Of a stretch of 64,000 nt of DNA, positions 50,860 through 60,431 are shown piece after piece. The notes under the pieces are model-generated. The model was not told the origin of the DNA. It ran no database searches and was given only the letters and a program-made list of their open reading frames with translations. Every line of letters starts with the position of its first letter. The first letter of the stretch is position 1. The stretch lies in the NCBI GenBank assembly GCA_963667845.2, contig CAXXVL010000002.1, positions 3,168,001 to 3,232,000 of the forward strand. The letters run 5' to 3'. The stretch comes from Smithellaceae bacterium. Its GTDB lineage: Bacteria > Desulfobacterota > Syntrophia > Syntrophales > Smithellaceae. The translations under genes and the position numbers were made by a program.

Positions 50860-52938
50860 ATGCTGACAAAAGAAAATGGATTCAATCTGCGCATTCAATG
50901 GCAATTTCCGGAAGCGAATAAATACGCTTTTACCTTCATTTCATTATTCATTGTTTTGATAATCGCTTATTCAAATAGCTTTTACGGTGAGTGGCATTTT
51001 GACGATTTCGCCAATATTGTTGAAAATCCGCATGTTCAAATAAAATCACTTTCCTGGTCGGAGATGAAACATTGCGTAACAGGGATTTACCAGGACAGGC
51101 TGCTGCGACCATTGGCATATATTAGTTTTGCCTTGAATTATCAATTTGGCGGGCTGAATGTCTTCGGGTTTCATGTGGTTAATTTTATCATCCATTATCT
51201 GTCCGCTGTCTTTCTCTTTCTTTTCATTTACAATACTCTGAAACTTCCGAAACTCAAAGACCAATTTAAAACCATCGCTTATCCGGTCGCATTGTTGGCA
51301 TCGTTCTTCTGGGCCATTCATCCCCTTTTCGTCACTTCCGTCACCTATATCGTTCAACGAATGGCTTCCATGGCCGGCATGTTCTACATTCTATCCATGT
51401 ATTTCTATCTGAAGGGGCGCACGTCTGAAAAGACCGTTAATGCGATTTGTTTTTTCGCCGGCTCTGCGCTCTCCGGTTTGGCGTCAATGCTCACCAAAGA
51501 AAACGCGGTCACCCTGCCCTTCAGCATTTTCTTATTCGATTTGTTATTAATTCAAGGCGTGACTAAAGAAAACATTATAAAGTTCTGTAAAATTTTTATT
51601 TTTCCCCTGATGCTGATTTTCATCATCGGCTTTCTTTATACCGGCGGTCTTTCCAATGCCTTCGGCAGTTATGCAGTCCGCGACTTCACAATGGGTGAGA
51701 GACTTCTAACCGAACCGCGCGTTATCCTTTTTTATCTCTCCTTGTTGTTTTATCCGATCAATTCGCGCTTGACACTGCTTTACGATATCGATGTATCCAC
51801 GTCCCTTTTTTCTCCATGGACGACACTGCCCTCTATTTTATTAATCTTGTCCATGATCGGCGTCGCCATCTATCTGGCCAAAAGACGCCCCCTGATTTCC
51901 TTTTGCCTTCTTTTCTTTTTCTTAAATCATCTCGTTGAAGGAACAGTGCTTCCACTGGAATTAATTTACGAGCATCGCAATTACCTTCCGGCCATGCTCT
52001 TATTTGTCCCAGTCGCTCAGTTTATTGTTTTTGTAATTGATTATTTTTCCTATAGGAAAATCATTCAAATTGCGGTTGCTTTGAGCGTTGTCATCATCAT
52101 CTTCGGCCTCGGCGATACTTCCTTCCGCCGCAACAGCATCTTTGCCGATGACTTTCTCCTCTGGAGCGACAACATAGAAAAGTACCCGGAATTAAGCCGT
52201 CCTTATACGAATCTGGGATTATACTACCTGAGACGTGATCAAAAGGAATATGGATTACAAAATTTTAATCAGGCGCTGAAACTGAATAAATTTGCCAATT
52301 CTCAGGTCCGGGATTTCCAGTTCCAGAATCTGGGAATCTATTATTTTAAAGAAGGTGAATATGACCTTTCTTTAAAATACTTCGAAATAGCCGCCCGCAA
52401 CATGCCTTCTAATGTTTTTAATAAGATCTACATCGCTTATATCTATTTGTCAAAAAATGAATATTCCAGGGCACATCGTTTAATAGAGCCGCTGCTCAGT
52501 CAAGAGTCGGGCAGCAACCCTAAATTAAATGAAACGTATTGCCTGATATTGATTAAAGAGGACAAACTTGGACAGGCTGAGGGATGTGCAAAAAAAATAT
52601 TGAGTAAGAATCTCGACAGCACATTTCCGCTGATCATACTGGCGGAATCTGCGCGCAAGAAAGGAAACATCCATTCGGCCCTATCTTACTGGAAACTATA
52701 TCAGCTTTCTTCTCCGCTGGACCCGTATTGTAATTTAGCTTTGATAGAATTATATGACAAGATAAATGCAAAAGAACAGCTTAATGAGGAATTATCAAAG
52801 TTGTTCTGCTTTAAGAAAAGTCTATCGTTACGTTTTTATTTAAACGAAATATCACGTAATCGGAATCTTCTTGTTTATGTACCCGATCCCCGGAAGATAA
52901 CTCAAATTGTCCATGCCGCGGACATCATGAACAAGTAA
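50860..52938 (+). CDS. TMTC-like GT-C membrane glycosyltransferase with C-terminal TPRs (copy 2)
   Basis: Same motifs as copy 1 (FDD, RPL, HPL..SVTYIVQR, TKE, YEHRNYLP) and the same MLTKENGF start. Confidence 0.8.
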   Translation: MLTKENGFNLRIQWQFPEANKYAFTFISLFIVLIIAYSNSFYGEWHFDDFANIVENPHVQIKSLSWSEMKHCVTGIYQDRLLRPLAYISFALNYQFGGLNVFGFHVVNFIIHYLSAVFLFLFIYNTLKLPKLKDQFKTIAYPVALLASFFWAIHPLFVTSVTYIVQRMASMAGMFYILSMYFYLKGRTSEKTVNAICFFAGSALSGLASMLTKENAVTLPFSIFLFDLLLIQGVTKENIIKFCKIFIFPLMLIFIIGFLYTGGLSNAFGSYAVRDFTMGERLLTEPRVILFYLSLLFYPINSRLTLLYDIDVSTSLFSPWTTLPSILLILSMIGVAIYLAKRRPLISFCLLFFFLNHLVEGTVLPLELIYEHRNYLPAMLLFVPVAQFIVFVIDYFSYRKIIQIAVALSVVIIIFGLGDTSFRRNSIFADDFLLWSDNIEKYPELSRPYTNLGLYYLRRDQKEYGLQNFNQALKLNKFANSQVRDFQFQNLGIYYFKEGEYDLSLKYFEIAARNMPSNVFNKIYIAYIYLSKNEYSRAHRLIEPLLSQESGSNPKLNETYCLILIKEDKLGQAEGCAKKILSKNLDSTFPLIILAESARKKGNIHSALSYWKLYQLSSPLDPYCNLALIELYDKINAKEQLNEELSKLFCFKKSLSLRFYLNEISRNRNLLVYVPDPRKITQIVHAADIMNK

Positions 52939-53017
52939 TTCTTTTACACAAAATGTTTCAATGGATTATCAGATAGATCGATAGAAACCTTATTGAAATA
53001 GCCTCTGAATCAACAAC

Positions 53018-53063
53018 TTCGCAGCAAGCTACGGCAAATTAACGCTCGTCCGGCACAAACGGG
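53018..53063. repeat. 46-bp degenerate direct repeat, copy A
   Basis: TTCGCAGCAAGCTACGGCAAATTAACGCTCGTCCGGCACAAACGGG; 36/46 identical to copy B by manual alignment. Confidence 0.75.
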
Positions 53064-53083
53064 TCGTTCCCATTTACGTGGCA

Positions 53084-53491
53084 TCAGTCCGGCAGATTCC
53101 ACGTTCCCGTCGTCTTATAATCTGAATCAGCGGGAGCCCCCCGACTGTTTACGACTATTTCAACTGCTTTACCTTTATTGCTTACTGTAACATTCCAGAT
53201 ATCGGGTGATGTTCCTATATTTTGTGGGTTTCCATCATTAAGGCCTGCCTGCATAATGATCACCCCCGCGTTTGTAGCCGCTGCACCGCTGGAGATGAAA
53301 TATTTTGCATAAGATAGATTCAGCGTTGATTTCATTTCCGCTACTTCAACGCCGGCGGCAGACTTCTTCGCCTGGTTAATCAACTCAACATACCGGGGCA
53401 TGGCTACGGCAACCAATATCCCTAAAATCATCAGGACTGCAATAACTTCAATGAGTGTAAATCCTCTTTCACTTTTAAACATTGAATTCAT
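53084..53491 (-). CDS. Type IV pilin, second paralog
   Basis: RG|FTLIEVIAVLMILGILVAVAMPRY; shares VAEMKSTLNL, PDIWNVT and YKxxGTW with the upstream pilin. Confidence 0.92.
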   Translation of the reverse strand: MNSMFKSERGFTLIEVIAVLMILGILVAVAMPRYVELINQAKKSAAGVEVAEMKSTLNLSYAKYFISSGAAATNAGVIIMQAGLNDGNPQNIGTSPDIWNVTVSNKGKAVEIVVNSRGAPADSDYKTTGTWNLPD

Positions 53492-53561
53492 ACTTTCACT
53501 ACCAGAGAAATAACCAACCACCTCGCGGCAAGCTGTCAAGGTATGAAATGAACGTCATTAT

Positions 53562-53607
53562 TTCACAGCAAGCGACGGAGAAACAACGCTCGTCCCGCAA
53601 CAGCGGG
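53562..53607. repeat. 46-bp degenerate direct repeat, copy B (a further GCGGCAAGC half-site lies at 53521-53535)
   Basis: TTCACAGCAAGCGACGGAGAAACAACGCTCGTCCCGCAACAGCGGG. Confidence 0.75.
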
Positions 53608-53627
53608 ATTAAATGAATTCAACTTGC

Positions 53628-53663
53628 TTAAAGGGGAGGGATGTCATCATCCCTCCCCTTTAA
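53628..53663 (-). terminator. Strong hairpin downstream of the major pilin (terminator or mRNA stabiliser)
   Basis: 16-bp perfect stem TTAAAGGGGAGGGATG / CATCCCTCCCCTTTAA with a 4-nt loop; the U tract is short. Confidence 0.75.
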
Positions 53664-53722
53664 AACGCTTTACCTTGTTTCAAAATCCTTCTAATTCAAG
53701 TTAAAAATGAAAATACTTCTAA

Positions 53723-54124
53723 TTAGAAAGTATTAGGTATTGTCCACGTTCCAGACGCCTTATATCCTGCATCAACGGGAGTCCCATAACTGTTTACGAG
53801 TATTCGAACAGTTGTGGTCGAAGGTGTCAGCGTTACATTCCATATATCAGGTGCCGTACCGTAATCTGTTGCGGCCGTCGCTAATCCTGCCGCAGTTAAT
53901 ACTGCCTGGCCATTTGTGGCCGCGGCGCCGTTATTGGCGAGAACATACTTCGCAAAAGCAAGATTCAAAGTTGATTTCATCTCGGCTACCTGTCCCTTGG
54001 CTGCCGCCTTTTTGGCGTCCGCGGCCATATCAATATACTTTGGCACCGCGACTGCCGCTAAGATACCTAAAATGACCAGAACTGCAATAATTTCGATTAG
54101 CGTAAAACCCTTCTCATTCTTCAT
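53723..54124 (-). CDS. pilA: Major type IV pilin (PilA/MshA-like)
   Basis: MKNEKG|FTLIEIIAVLVILGILAAVAVPKY; AAGGAG RBS; own sigma54-like promoter and downstream hairpin. Confidence 0.9.
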   Translation of the reverse strand: MKNEKGFTLIEIIAVLVILGILAAVAVPKYIDMAADAKKAAAKGQVAEMKSTLNLAFAKYVLANNGAAATNGQAVLTAAGLATAATDYGTAPDIWNVTLTPSTTTVRILVNSYGTPVDAGYKASGTWTIPNTF

Positions 54125-54209
54125 TGTCTCTAATCTCCTTTTCTTCATTTTTGATTTGCATGTTAACACTTTTCGTTTTCGGTATAACGCTACAATTTCG
54201 GATATTATA

Positions 54210-54225
54210 TTCAATTGTCATGCCA
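54210..54225 (-). promoter_or_regulatory. sigma54 (-24/-12) promoter of the pilin gene
   Basis: Minus strand TGGCATGACAATTGAA versus consensus TGGCACGNNNNTTGCW; adjacent to an enhancer-binding protein gene. Confidence 0.65.
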
Positions 54226-54534
54226 TTTAGTGGTTTACTGCAAATATCGCCTCCTTTCCCTCATCATTTATCCAAGTTATAAAATCAATGGTAACTTTAC
54301 TTCAGGAAACTGGGATTCCACATTTTTACTTCCTGCCCGAATTACTGCTTGAACTATCTAATTTTACGTGGATTTTTTATTATTTAAGGCGCACAATCCC
54401 TTGGATGACTATCATAATGCATCCAAATTTATCATTCTGCGCCAAAGGCGCGCACTTCTCTGACCATGGGAAAAAATGAATTTTCATGTTCGCGAGGCCG
54501 GCATTTTTCCCATTATTTTGTACTTCATCTACAA

Positions 54535-55851
54535 TTAATGTAGACTCTTAAACGCATCAACCTCTATCTCATGCTTCTTGATGCGATGCCAGAGACTCCT
54601 TTGATTGATCCCCAAGATGCCGGCTGCCTTTACCTGAACTCCCCCTGTTTCCTTGAGAGCTCCTATGATCATTTCCTTTTCCATTAAAAGAATTTGTTCA
54701 TCGAGGGGTAAACGATCTTTAGACATTGAGACCATTTTACCGCCTCCTTGCCGGATATTTTCCGGTAAGTGGCGAACGTCGATTACTCCATCCTCGGACA
54801 AAATAGACGCTCTTTCCATCGTATTTTTCAATTCCCGGATATTTCCCGACCAACTGTACCCAATCAAAACTTGTAAAGCGGCTGTCGTTAACTGGGCACG
54901 TCTGGGAGAATTTTCCAAAAAATGGGCAGACAATGTGGCGATGTCTTCGCGTCTTTCCCGCAAGGGCGGCAGCATAATCGAAAAGACATTTAACCGAAAA
55001 TAGAGATCCTCTCGGAATGTTCCCTCCTTGATTAATTGCAGAAGGTCTTTGTTGCTGGCCGCTATGAACCGGACATCCACACGGACAGGCGAAGTCCCAC
55101 CGACACGCTCAAATTCCTTCTCTTGGAGGGCGCGCAGAAGTTTCGCCTGCGCGGCCAGAGGCATGTCGCCGATTTCATCGAGGAACACGGTTCCGCCGTC
55201 AGCCATTTCAAACTTGCCTATTTTGCGTGAGTTAGCGCCGGTGAACGCCCCTTTTTCATATCCGAACAATTCACTTTCCATCAGGCCTTCAGGAATGGCC
55301 ACACAATTGATCGCAACAAAAGGCCTGCCTTTGCGCGGGCTGTGTTCATAAATACTCGATGCGATTAATTCCTTACCGGTTCCACTCTCGCCTGTAATCA
55401 AAACGGTGGAATCAGTGGGAGCGACTTTGAGAATCTGTGTGAAAATATTGCGAATGACCGGGCTGGAACCAATGACGTTCGGAAAAAGCTCCCGAGCTTC
55501 CACCTGACCTAGAATATTGGCGACGCTGTCGAATACTTCATTTATTTTATTAATATCCTTCGTAATTTCCTGCGGTTCTTCCTTTCGGACCGCTGATAGA
55601 ATAGGTAATTTTTGTGTCTTTTCCACAAAATCCATGAGCGGCTTTAAAAATAAGCGAAGAACAAAGAAAGTGGCAAAGAAGGAAATGCAACCAATAATCA
55701 AAGCCAGAGTATAGATATTAATTAGCAAAGACTGGCTTGTCTCCTGTGGCGCACTTGCCAGCTGATAAGAGATGATAATACCCAAAATGGTAATCCCTGT
55801 AAAAATCATCGGGATCAGTATATGAAGATTAATGTAAAAATTCTTCTTCAT
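54535..55851 (-). CDS. Membrane-anchored sigma54-dependent transcriptional activator (2 TM + AAA+ + Fis HTH, no receiver domain)
   Basis: Two N-terminal hydrophobic helices; GESGTGKE, ESELFG, GAFTGA, FLDEIG, FREDLYFRL, C-terminal HTH. Confidence 0.93.
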   Translation of the reverse strand: MKKNFYINLHILIPMIFTGITILGIIISYQLASAPQETSQSLLINIYTLALIIGCISFFATFFVLRLFLKPLMDFVEKTQKLPILSAVRKEEPQEITKDINKINEVFDSVANILGQVEARELFPNVIGSSPVIRNIFTQILKVAPTDSTVLITGESGTGKELIASSIYEHSPRKGRPFVAINCVAIPEGLMESELFGYEKGAFTGANSRKIGKFEMADGGTVFLDEIGDMPLAAQAKLLRALQEKEFERVGGTSPVRVDVRFIAASNKDLLQLIKEGTFREDLYFRLNVFSIMLPPLRERREDIATLSAHFLENSPRRAQLTTAALQVLIGYSWSGNIRELKNTMERASILSEDGVIDVRHLPENIRQGGGKMVSMSKDRLPLDEQILLMEKEMIIGALKETGGVQVKAAGILGINQRSLWHRIKKHEIEVDAFKSLH

Positions 55852-55866
55852 GAGTGCGATTAATGG

Positions 55867-57099
55867 CTACCTCCTGGCCATTTTCGTCAGGTCAAACATC
55901 GGCATGAAAATGGCGAGTGCAAAAAAACCAACCACTGCCGCCAGACCGATGATTAAAACGGGTCCTATAGCGTCTGATAGAGCTTTGACGGCATACGCCA
56001 CTTCATCGTCGTAGTGCTTGGAAATTTCCCTCAGCATTTCTTCAATATTTCCGGATTCTTCTCCAATGGCAATCATATCTACGACCATCGGCGGGAAGTA
56101 AGCTGCTTTCTTCAGAGGGGCGGCGATTCCGGAGCCTTCTTCTATTTTTTCCCGGACATAATTAAATGATCGGGCGATAGCAGCATTGCCGATGGTGTCT
56201 GAAAGGATGGTCAGCGACTGCATAACCGGCACGCCGCTGGATTGCAGTATGGCAAAGATGCTGGCAAAACGAGACATGGCCGCCTTTTGGAACAGGGGCC
56301 CCAAAACGGGGATCCGCAGCAAAAAACTATCCCGCGCCAGTTTGCCGTTTTCTGTCTTAAAATACTGCCTCAAACCGAAAATGCCGGCAATCACAATTCC
56401 GAGAATGACATACCAGTAGTTCTTCAAATACAAATTCAGAAGAATGGCAATCTTTGTGGGTAGAGGCAATTCTATACCCGACTTGCTGAAAAGCGAAACA
56501 AACTGAGGAATCACAAAGGTCAACAACACAACAAATGCTATACTCAAGGCAATGACGACAATCAGCGGATACTGCATGGCCGCTTTTATATCGGATTTAA
56601 TTTTAGCTTCGTGTTCGATAATATAAATGAGCCGTTCCAGAACGCTGGGTACGCTACCACTGAGCTCTCCCGCCCGCATCATACTGCAATACAGATGGGA
56701 AAATATTTTCGGATGTTTTGCAAACGCGTCCGACATGGTGGCGCCCTCACGAATATCCCCAACAATCGCCGTTATGGCCTGTCTCAAAACTTTACTTTCT
56801 GTCTGAGCTTCCAGGACCTGCATGACCCTGATGATAGGAACGCCGGCATTCAGCATAGAGCGGAATTGCTTGGTAAACAGGATGAGATCTCTTGTTTTGA
56901 CATTGCCGCCGAGAGCGGTGATCCTTGCCCAAATTGTATCGCGCCGATCCGATGTTTCTGGCGCGACGTGTGAAGGGATGAGTCCGCGTGATATCAGGAT
57001 CGTGTTCGCATTTTGATCGGATTCCGCTTCAAAAGTTCCTGAAACTGTGTCCCCGGTCTCGTTGATTGCTCTGTATCGGTAAATCGTCATATCATACAC
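55867..57099 (-). CDS. pilC: Type IV pilus inner-membrane platform protein (PilC/GspF/MshG)
   Basis: AGELSG, AMQYP, VIPQF, LPLPT, IGEESG, AIFMPMF. Confidence 0.95.
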   Translation of the reverse strand: MYDMTIYRYRAINETGDTVSGTFEAESDQNANTILISRGLIPSHVAPETSDRRDTIWARITALGGNVKTRDLILFTKQFRSMLNAGVPIIRVMQVLEAQTESKVLRQAITAIVGDIREGATMSDAFAKHPKIFSHLYCSMMRAGELSGSVPSVLERLIYIIEHEAKIKSDIKAAMQYPLIVVIALSIAFVVLLTFVIPQFVSLFSKSGIELPLPTKIAILLNLYLKNYWYVILGIVIAGIFGLRQYFKTENGKLARDSFLLRIPVLGPLFQKAAMSRFASIFAILQSSGVPVMQSLTILSDTIGNAAIARSFNYVREKIEEGSGIAAPLKKAAYFPPMVVDMIAIGEESGNIEEMLREISKHYDDEVAYAVKALSDAIGPVLIIGLAAVVGFFALAIFMPMFDLTKMARR

Positions 57100-57109
57100 G
57101 CTTTCCGTT

Positions 57110-58822
57110 TCAGGTCATGACTGCAGTCATAGCTTCTTCGAGAGTCGTTATCCCTTGTAAGACTTTGCCGGCGGCATCTTTCTTGAGGGTCCGCAAATTT
57201 CCTGCGTCTTCAGCGATACGGGTAATTTCCCGGCTTGACTTCTTTTTGAGAATCATGTCCTGAATCAGCTCGTCATTGACCAGCACTTCAAAAAGACCGG
57301 TTCGTCCTTTGTATCCTGTATTTTTACATTGATAACACCCTCTGCCACGCTGAAAATCACCTCTTTTCGCCTCGTCAGGAGTAATTCCCAAGGCTTCATA
57401 GGCGGTATCCTTCGGTGAAAACGGTTCCTTGCAATAAGGGCATATCGTTCTTACTAATCGCTGGGCGAATGACACCAGCAAAACGGAGGACACGAGGAAA
57501 GGTTCTATACCCATGTCAATAAATCTTACGATAGCCCCGGCAGCGTCGTTGGTATGAACGGTACTCAGCACGCGGTGACCCGTCTGCGCGGCCTGGACGG
57601 CAATTGCAGCAGTTTCCGAGTCGCGGATCTCGCCCACCAGAATAACATCCGGATCCTGGCGCAAAATCGAACGCAGACCGCTGGCGAATGTCATCCCCGC
57701 CTTACGATTGAGCTGAATTTGGCGGATATTACCGATCCTGTATTCCACAGGATCTTCCAATGTCATAATGTTGATATCCGGTTTATTGATCGTATTCAGG
57801 ATGGCGTAGAGGCTGGTGCTTTTTCCGCTCCCGGTGGGTCCGGTGCTTAAAATCATACCATAGGGCTTTTCGCTGACTCTCTCAATCTTTTCCATGTCCG
57901 AACCACTCATCCCGAGCCGGTCCAATGAATAGACACTGTTGCCGGCGTCCAGCAGGCGCAAAACAATATTTTCCCCGTAGATCGTCGGTATCGAAGACAC
58001 GCGGACATTGATTTCTTTCCTATCCAGTTTCAGCGTAAATCGGCCATCCTGCGGAATACGCGATACGGTAATATCCATATTGGAAAGTATTTTCATCCGG
58101 GCCACTATGGGCAGAAAAAGTGATTTAGGAGGAGACGGGACTTCCATAAGTTTTCCATCAATTCGGAATCTCATTTGTACGGAGTTTTGCTGCGGACTGA
58201 TATGGATGTCACTTGCGCCGTCCCGGATGGCTTGTGCAAAGATGGAATTAACAAGACGCACAACGGGAGCTTCGCCCGCCATATCCTGCAGCGATGCCAC
58301 CTGTATTTCTTCTTTATTGGGTTCGGCTTCCTCCTGTCCCTCTTCCAGCAATTTGACTTCCATGTTCTCCATGATGCTGCCCAGACCGGACTGAGCACCA
58401 TACAAAGAGTTGATCAGTTCGTTGAGTTCCCTTTCCGAACAGAATACGGGCTCGACTTCAGAGTTCGTCAGGACTTCTATGTAATCGAGTGTATTGATAT
58501 CCAGGGGATCTACGATGGCGATTGTTAACAGTCTGCCTTTCTTCCGGAGAGGGGCTATCTGATATTTCTGTGAAACTTCGATTGGAATGTACCGGATTAA
58601 TTCGATATCCAACGGATAATGATCCGGGTGATACTTGGCGATCTTGAGTTGCCGGCTCAGTACATCAATGATTTGCTGCTCATTGACGATTCCAAGGCGT
58701 GTAAGGAATTGCCCCAGCTTCAAACCGGCTTTCTTCTGATCGATCAGGGCCTGCTTCAGTCGATCTTCAGAGATCAAACCGTTTTCGACAAGCATTTCGC
58801 CCAACCGCTTTTTGACTTTCAT
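57110..58822 (-). CDS. pilB: Type IV pilus assembly ATPase (PilB/MshE/GspE) with an MshEN domain
   Basis: RLGEMLVENGLI, ASDIHI, PQDGR, GPTGSGKST, LRQDPD, tetracysteine CPYC...CYQC. Confidence 0.96.
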   Translation of the reverse strand: MKVKKRLGEMLVENGLISEDRLKQALIDQKKAGLKLGQFLTRLGIVNEQQIIDVLSRQLKIAKYHPDHYPLDIELIRYIPIEVSQKYQIAPLRKKGRLLTIAIVDPLDINTLDYIEVLTNSEVEPVFCSERELNELINSLYGAQSGLGSIMENMEVKLLEEGQEEAEPNKEEIQVASLQDMAGEAPVVRLVNSIFAQAIRDGASDIHISPQQNSVQMRFRIDGKLMEVPSPPKSLFLPIVARMKILSNMDITVSRIPQDGRFTLKLDRKEINVRVSSIPTIYGENIVLRLLDAGNSVYSLDRLGMSGSDMEKIERVSEKPYGMILSTGPTGSGKSTSLYAILNTINKPDINIMTLEDPVEYRIGNIRQIQLNRKAGMTFASGLRSILRQDPDVILVGEIRDSETAAIAVQAAQTGHRVLSTVHTNDAAGAIVRFIDMGIEPFLVSSVLLVSFAQRLVRTICPYCKEPFSPKDTAYEALGITPDEAKRGDFQRGRGCYQCKNTGYKGRTGLFEVLVNDELIQDMILKKKSSREITRIAEDAGNLRTLKKDAAGKVLQGITTLEEAMTAVMT

Positions 58823-58845
58823 CGCACCTCCGTACCGAGCAAGCC

Positions 58846-60414
58846 TTATTTCTGCAAAACCCTACTGTTGAAAACAACCGTATCATCGTTCCACGCCGAT
58901 AATACGTGGGCCGAGGCAGCAAGCGATGACGGTAATCGGTTGATTGATTCCTTTGCCTCTTCCACGCTTGCAAAGCGCTTTCCCAGAACGATTGAGAACT
59001 GCATCCCTTTTTGTTTATTCCAGAAGGAAAGAAACAGCAGTGCCGGCATATTCCTCAGGTCTTTTTTTTCTATGAACTTATAATAAAGATTTTCGAGCTC
59101 CGGGCTGTCCTCAAGAGAGACGATAACCGCATCCTTGTTCAGCGAGTGCGCTTTTTCCGCAAATGCAGGCACTTGAATTACGGTTCCCTGCAGGGTTTTG
59201 TCAATGTCTTTTAATTGAGGATTCTTTTCAATGAATCGATAAGCGAGTTCCCTGCTCGTGTCTCCGTAAATATTATCAAAGACGCGCCAAATAGTCATTC
59301 TTCTCTTGAGGGATATTGTGCCGAGATAATCAGGCATTTGCACTGAAGCAGGACGGGTGTCCTTTTGATTGAGAATGTTGCCGCCAGGCACAGGCGATGC
59401 AGGCGCTGAAAGTGGACGCAAAGCTTTCTCGCTTACGTCAATGCCGGCTGAAACAGGTCGCTTGAAGACTGGACTGTCACCTTTGATCGGTTCGTTCAAA
59501 TAGATTGCAAAGGACAGGATGAAGACAGCAGCTAACAAAAGACAGAGCGTCGCCCACGTGACTCGTCTAAATCCGGACGTCGCTAACTTGTTCACGGAAC
59601 GCCTCACCAAAAACCATCCAGCCTTTCTCTTGTCTCGAATGATCATCATAATTAAGACTTGATGACAAAGGGAAACGACTTTGCGCGGATATCCTGCTGT
59701 TGCAACGTAGATGGCGAGAAATCCGCCCAGTGTGAAAAGCGCCCGGTGCGCTGGTTCCCGACTGGCTATAGCGATCCGATATTCAACGATCGCCTTCGTC
59801 TGCATGAATGAAAGCGGCTGAAGATGATGAATGTTATTGACCCGATCAACAAGATTTGCCCTCGCGTATAGATTTTTTTCAAACTCCGGCTGAGCGAAAA
59901 TTACAATTTGCAATAGCTTAAAACTATTGGTTTCATAGTTCAGAAACTCCCGCAAGATTTCCAGGCAATCATCAGGAATTTTTTGCCCTTCGTCAATGAT
60001 CAGAACGATAATTTTTTGTTCTTGAACGCCCTGTTCGAAAAGAAAGTTCTTTATCTTTTCCTTTATCTGCCATTCCTGGTCATCGAGCAGAATATCTGAG
60101 ACGCAAAGAATAGAGGCTACCGTTTTGACAAAATTCAATGGCCCGGCTACAGCAGGATCCAACAGCAGAAAGGTTTCAATTACCGGCGCTTCACCCGCAG
60201 CAGGCACAGACAGATTCTGGATTAGTTTTCGGCATAACGTGGTCTTCCCCGTACCGACGGCACCGACCACGATATTCAGGCCACGTCTTAAGCGTATGGC
60301 CAGTTCGAGTCTTTGCAGGCAGGTATTTTGCTGAGGTGAGGCAAAAAGAAATTCCGGCTCCGGCGAATTGGAAAATGGTTCTCTATTAAATTCCAGGAGA
60401 TTAAAATATTCCAT
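58846..60414 (-). CDS. ExeA/MshM-like AAA ATPase with a TM and a periplasmic C-terminal domain
   Basis: EPFSNSPEP, GAVGTGKTT, VLIIDEGQ, AQPE, GYPR. Confidence 0.88.
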   Translation of the reverse strand: MEYFNLLEFNREPFSNSPEPEFLFASPQQNTCLQRLELAIRLRRGLNIVVGAVGTGKTTLCRKLIQNLSVPAAGEAPVIETFLLLDPAVAGPLNFVKTVASILCVSDILLDDQEWQIKEKIKNFLFEQGVQEQKIIVLIIDEGQKIPDDCLEILREFLNYETNSFKLLQIVIFAQPEFEKNLYARANLVDRVNNIHHLQPLSFMQTKAIVEYRIAIASREPAHRALFTLGGFLAIYVATAGYPRKVVSLCHQVLIMMIIRDKRKAGWFLVRRSVNKLATSGFRRVTWATLCLLLAAVFILSFAIYLNEPIKGDSPVFKRPVSAGIDVSEKALRPLSAPASPVPGGNILNQKDTRPASVQMPDYLGTISLKRRMTIWRVFDNIYGDTSRELAYRFIEKNPQLKDIDKTLQGTVIQVPAFAEKAHSLNKDAVIVSLEDSPELENLYYKFIEKKDLRNMPALLFLSFWNKQKGMQFSIVLGKRFASVEEAKESINRLPSSLAASAHVLSAWNDDTVVFNSRVLQK

Positions 60415-60431
60415 TGTTCAGACATCGCCTT

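Noticed and set aside
53018..53613. CRISPR array or c-di-GMP riboswitch at the pilin repeats
   Set aside because: There are only two degenerate copies, 544 bp apart and enclosing a gene. No cas genes are present, and the GGCAAA/GACGCAAA two-hairpin riboswitch pattern is absent.
53723..54124. Major pilin as an electrically conductive e-pilin
   Set aside because: The mature protein is 127 aa with 10 aromatic residues by manual count (~7.9%), below the ~9% usually proposed, and it is not a truncated pilin.
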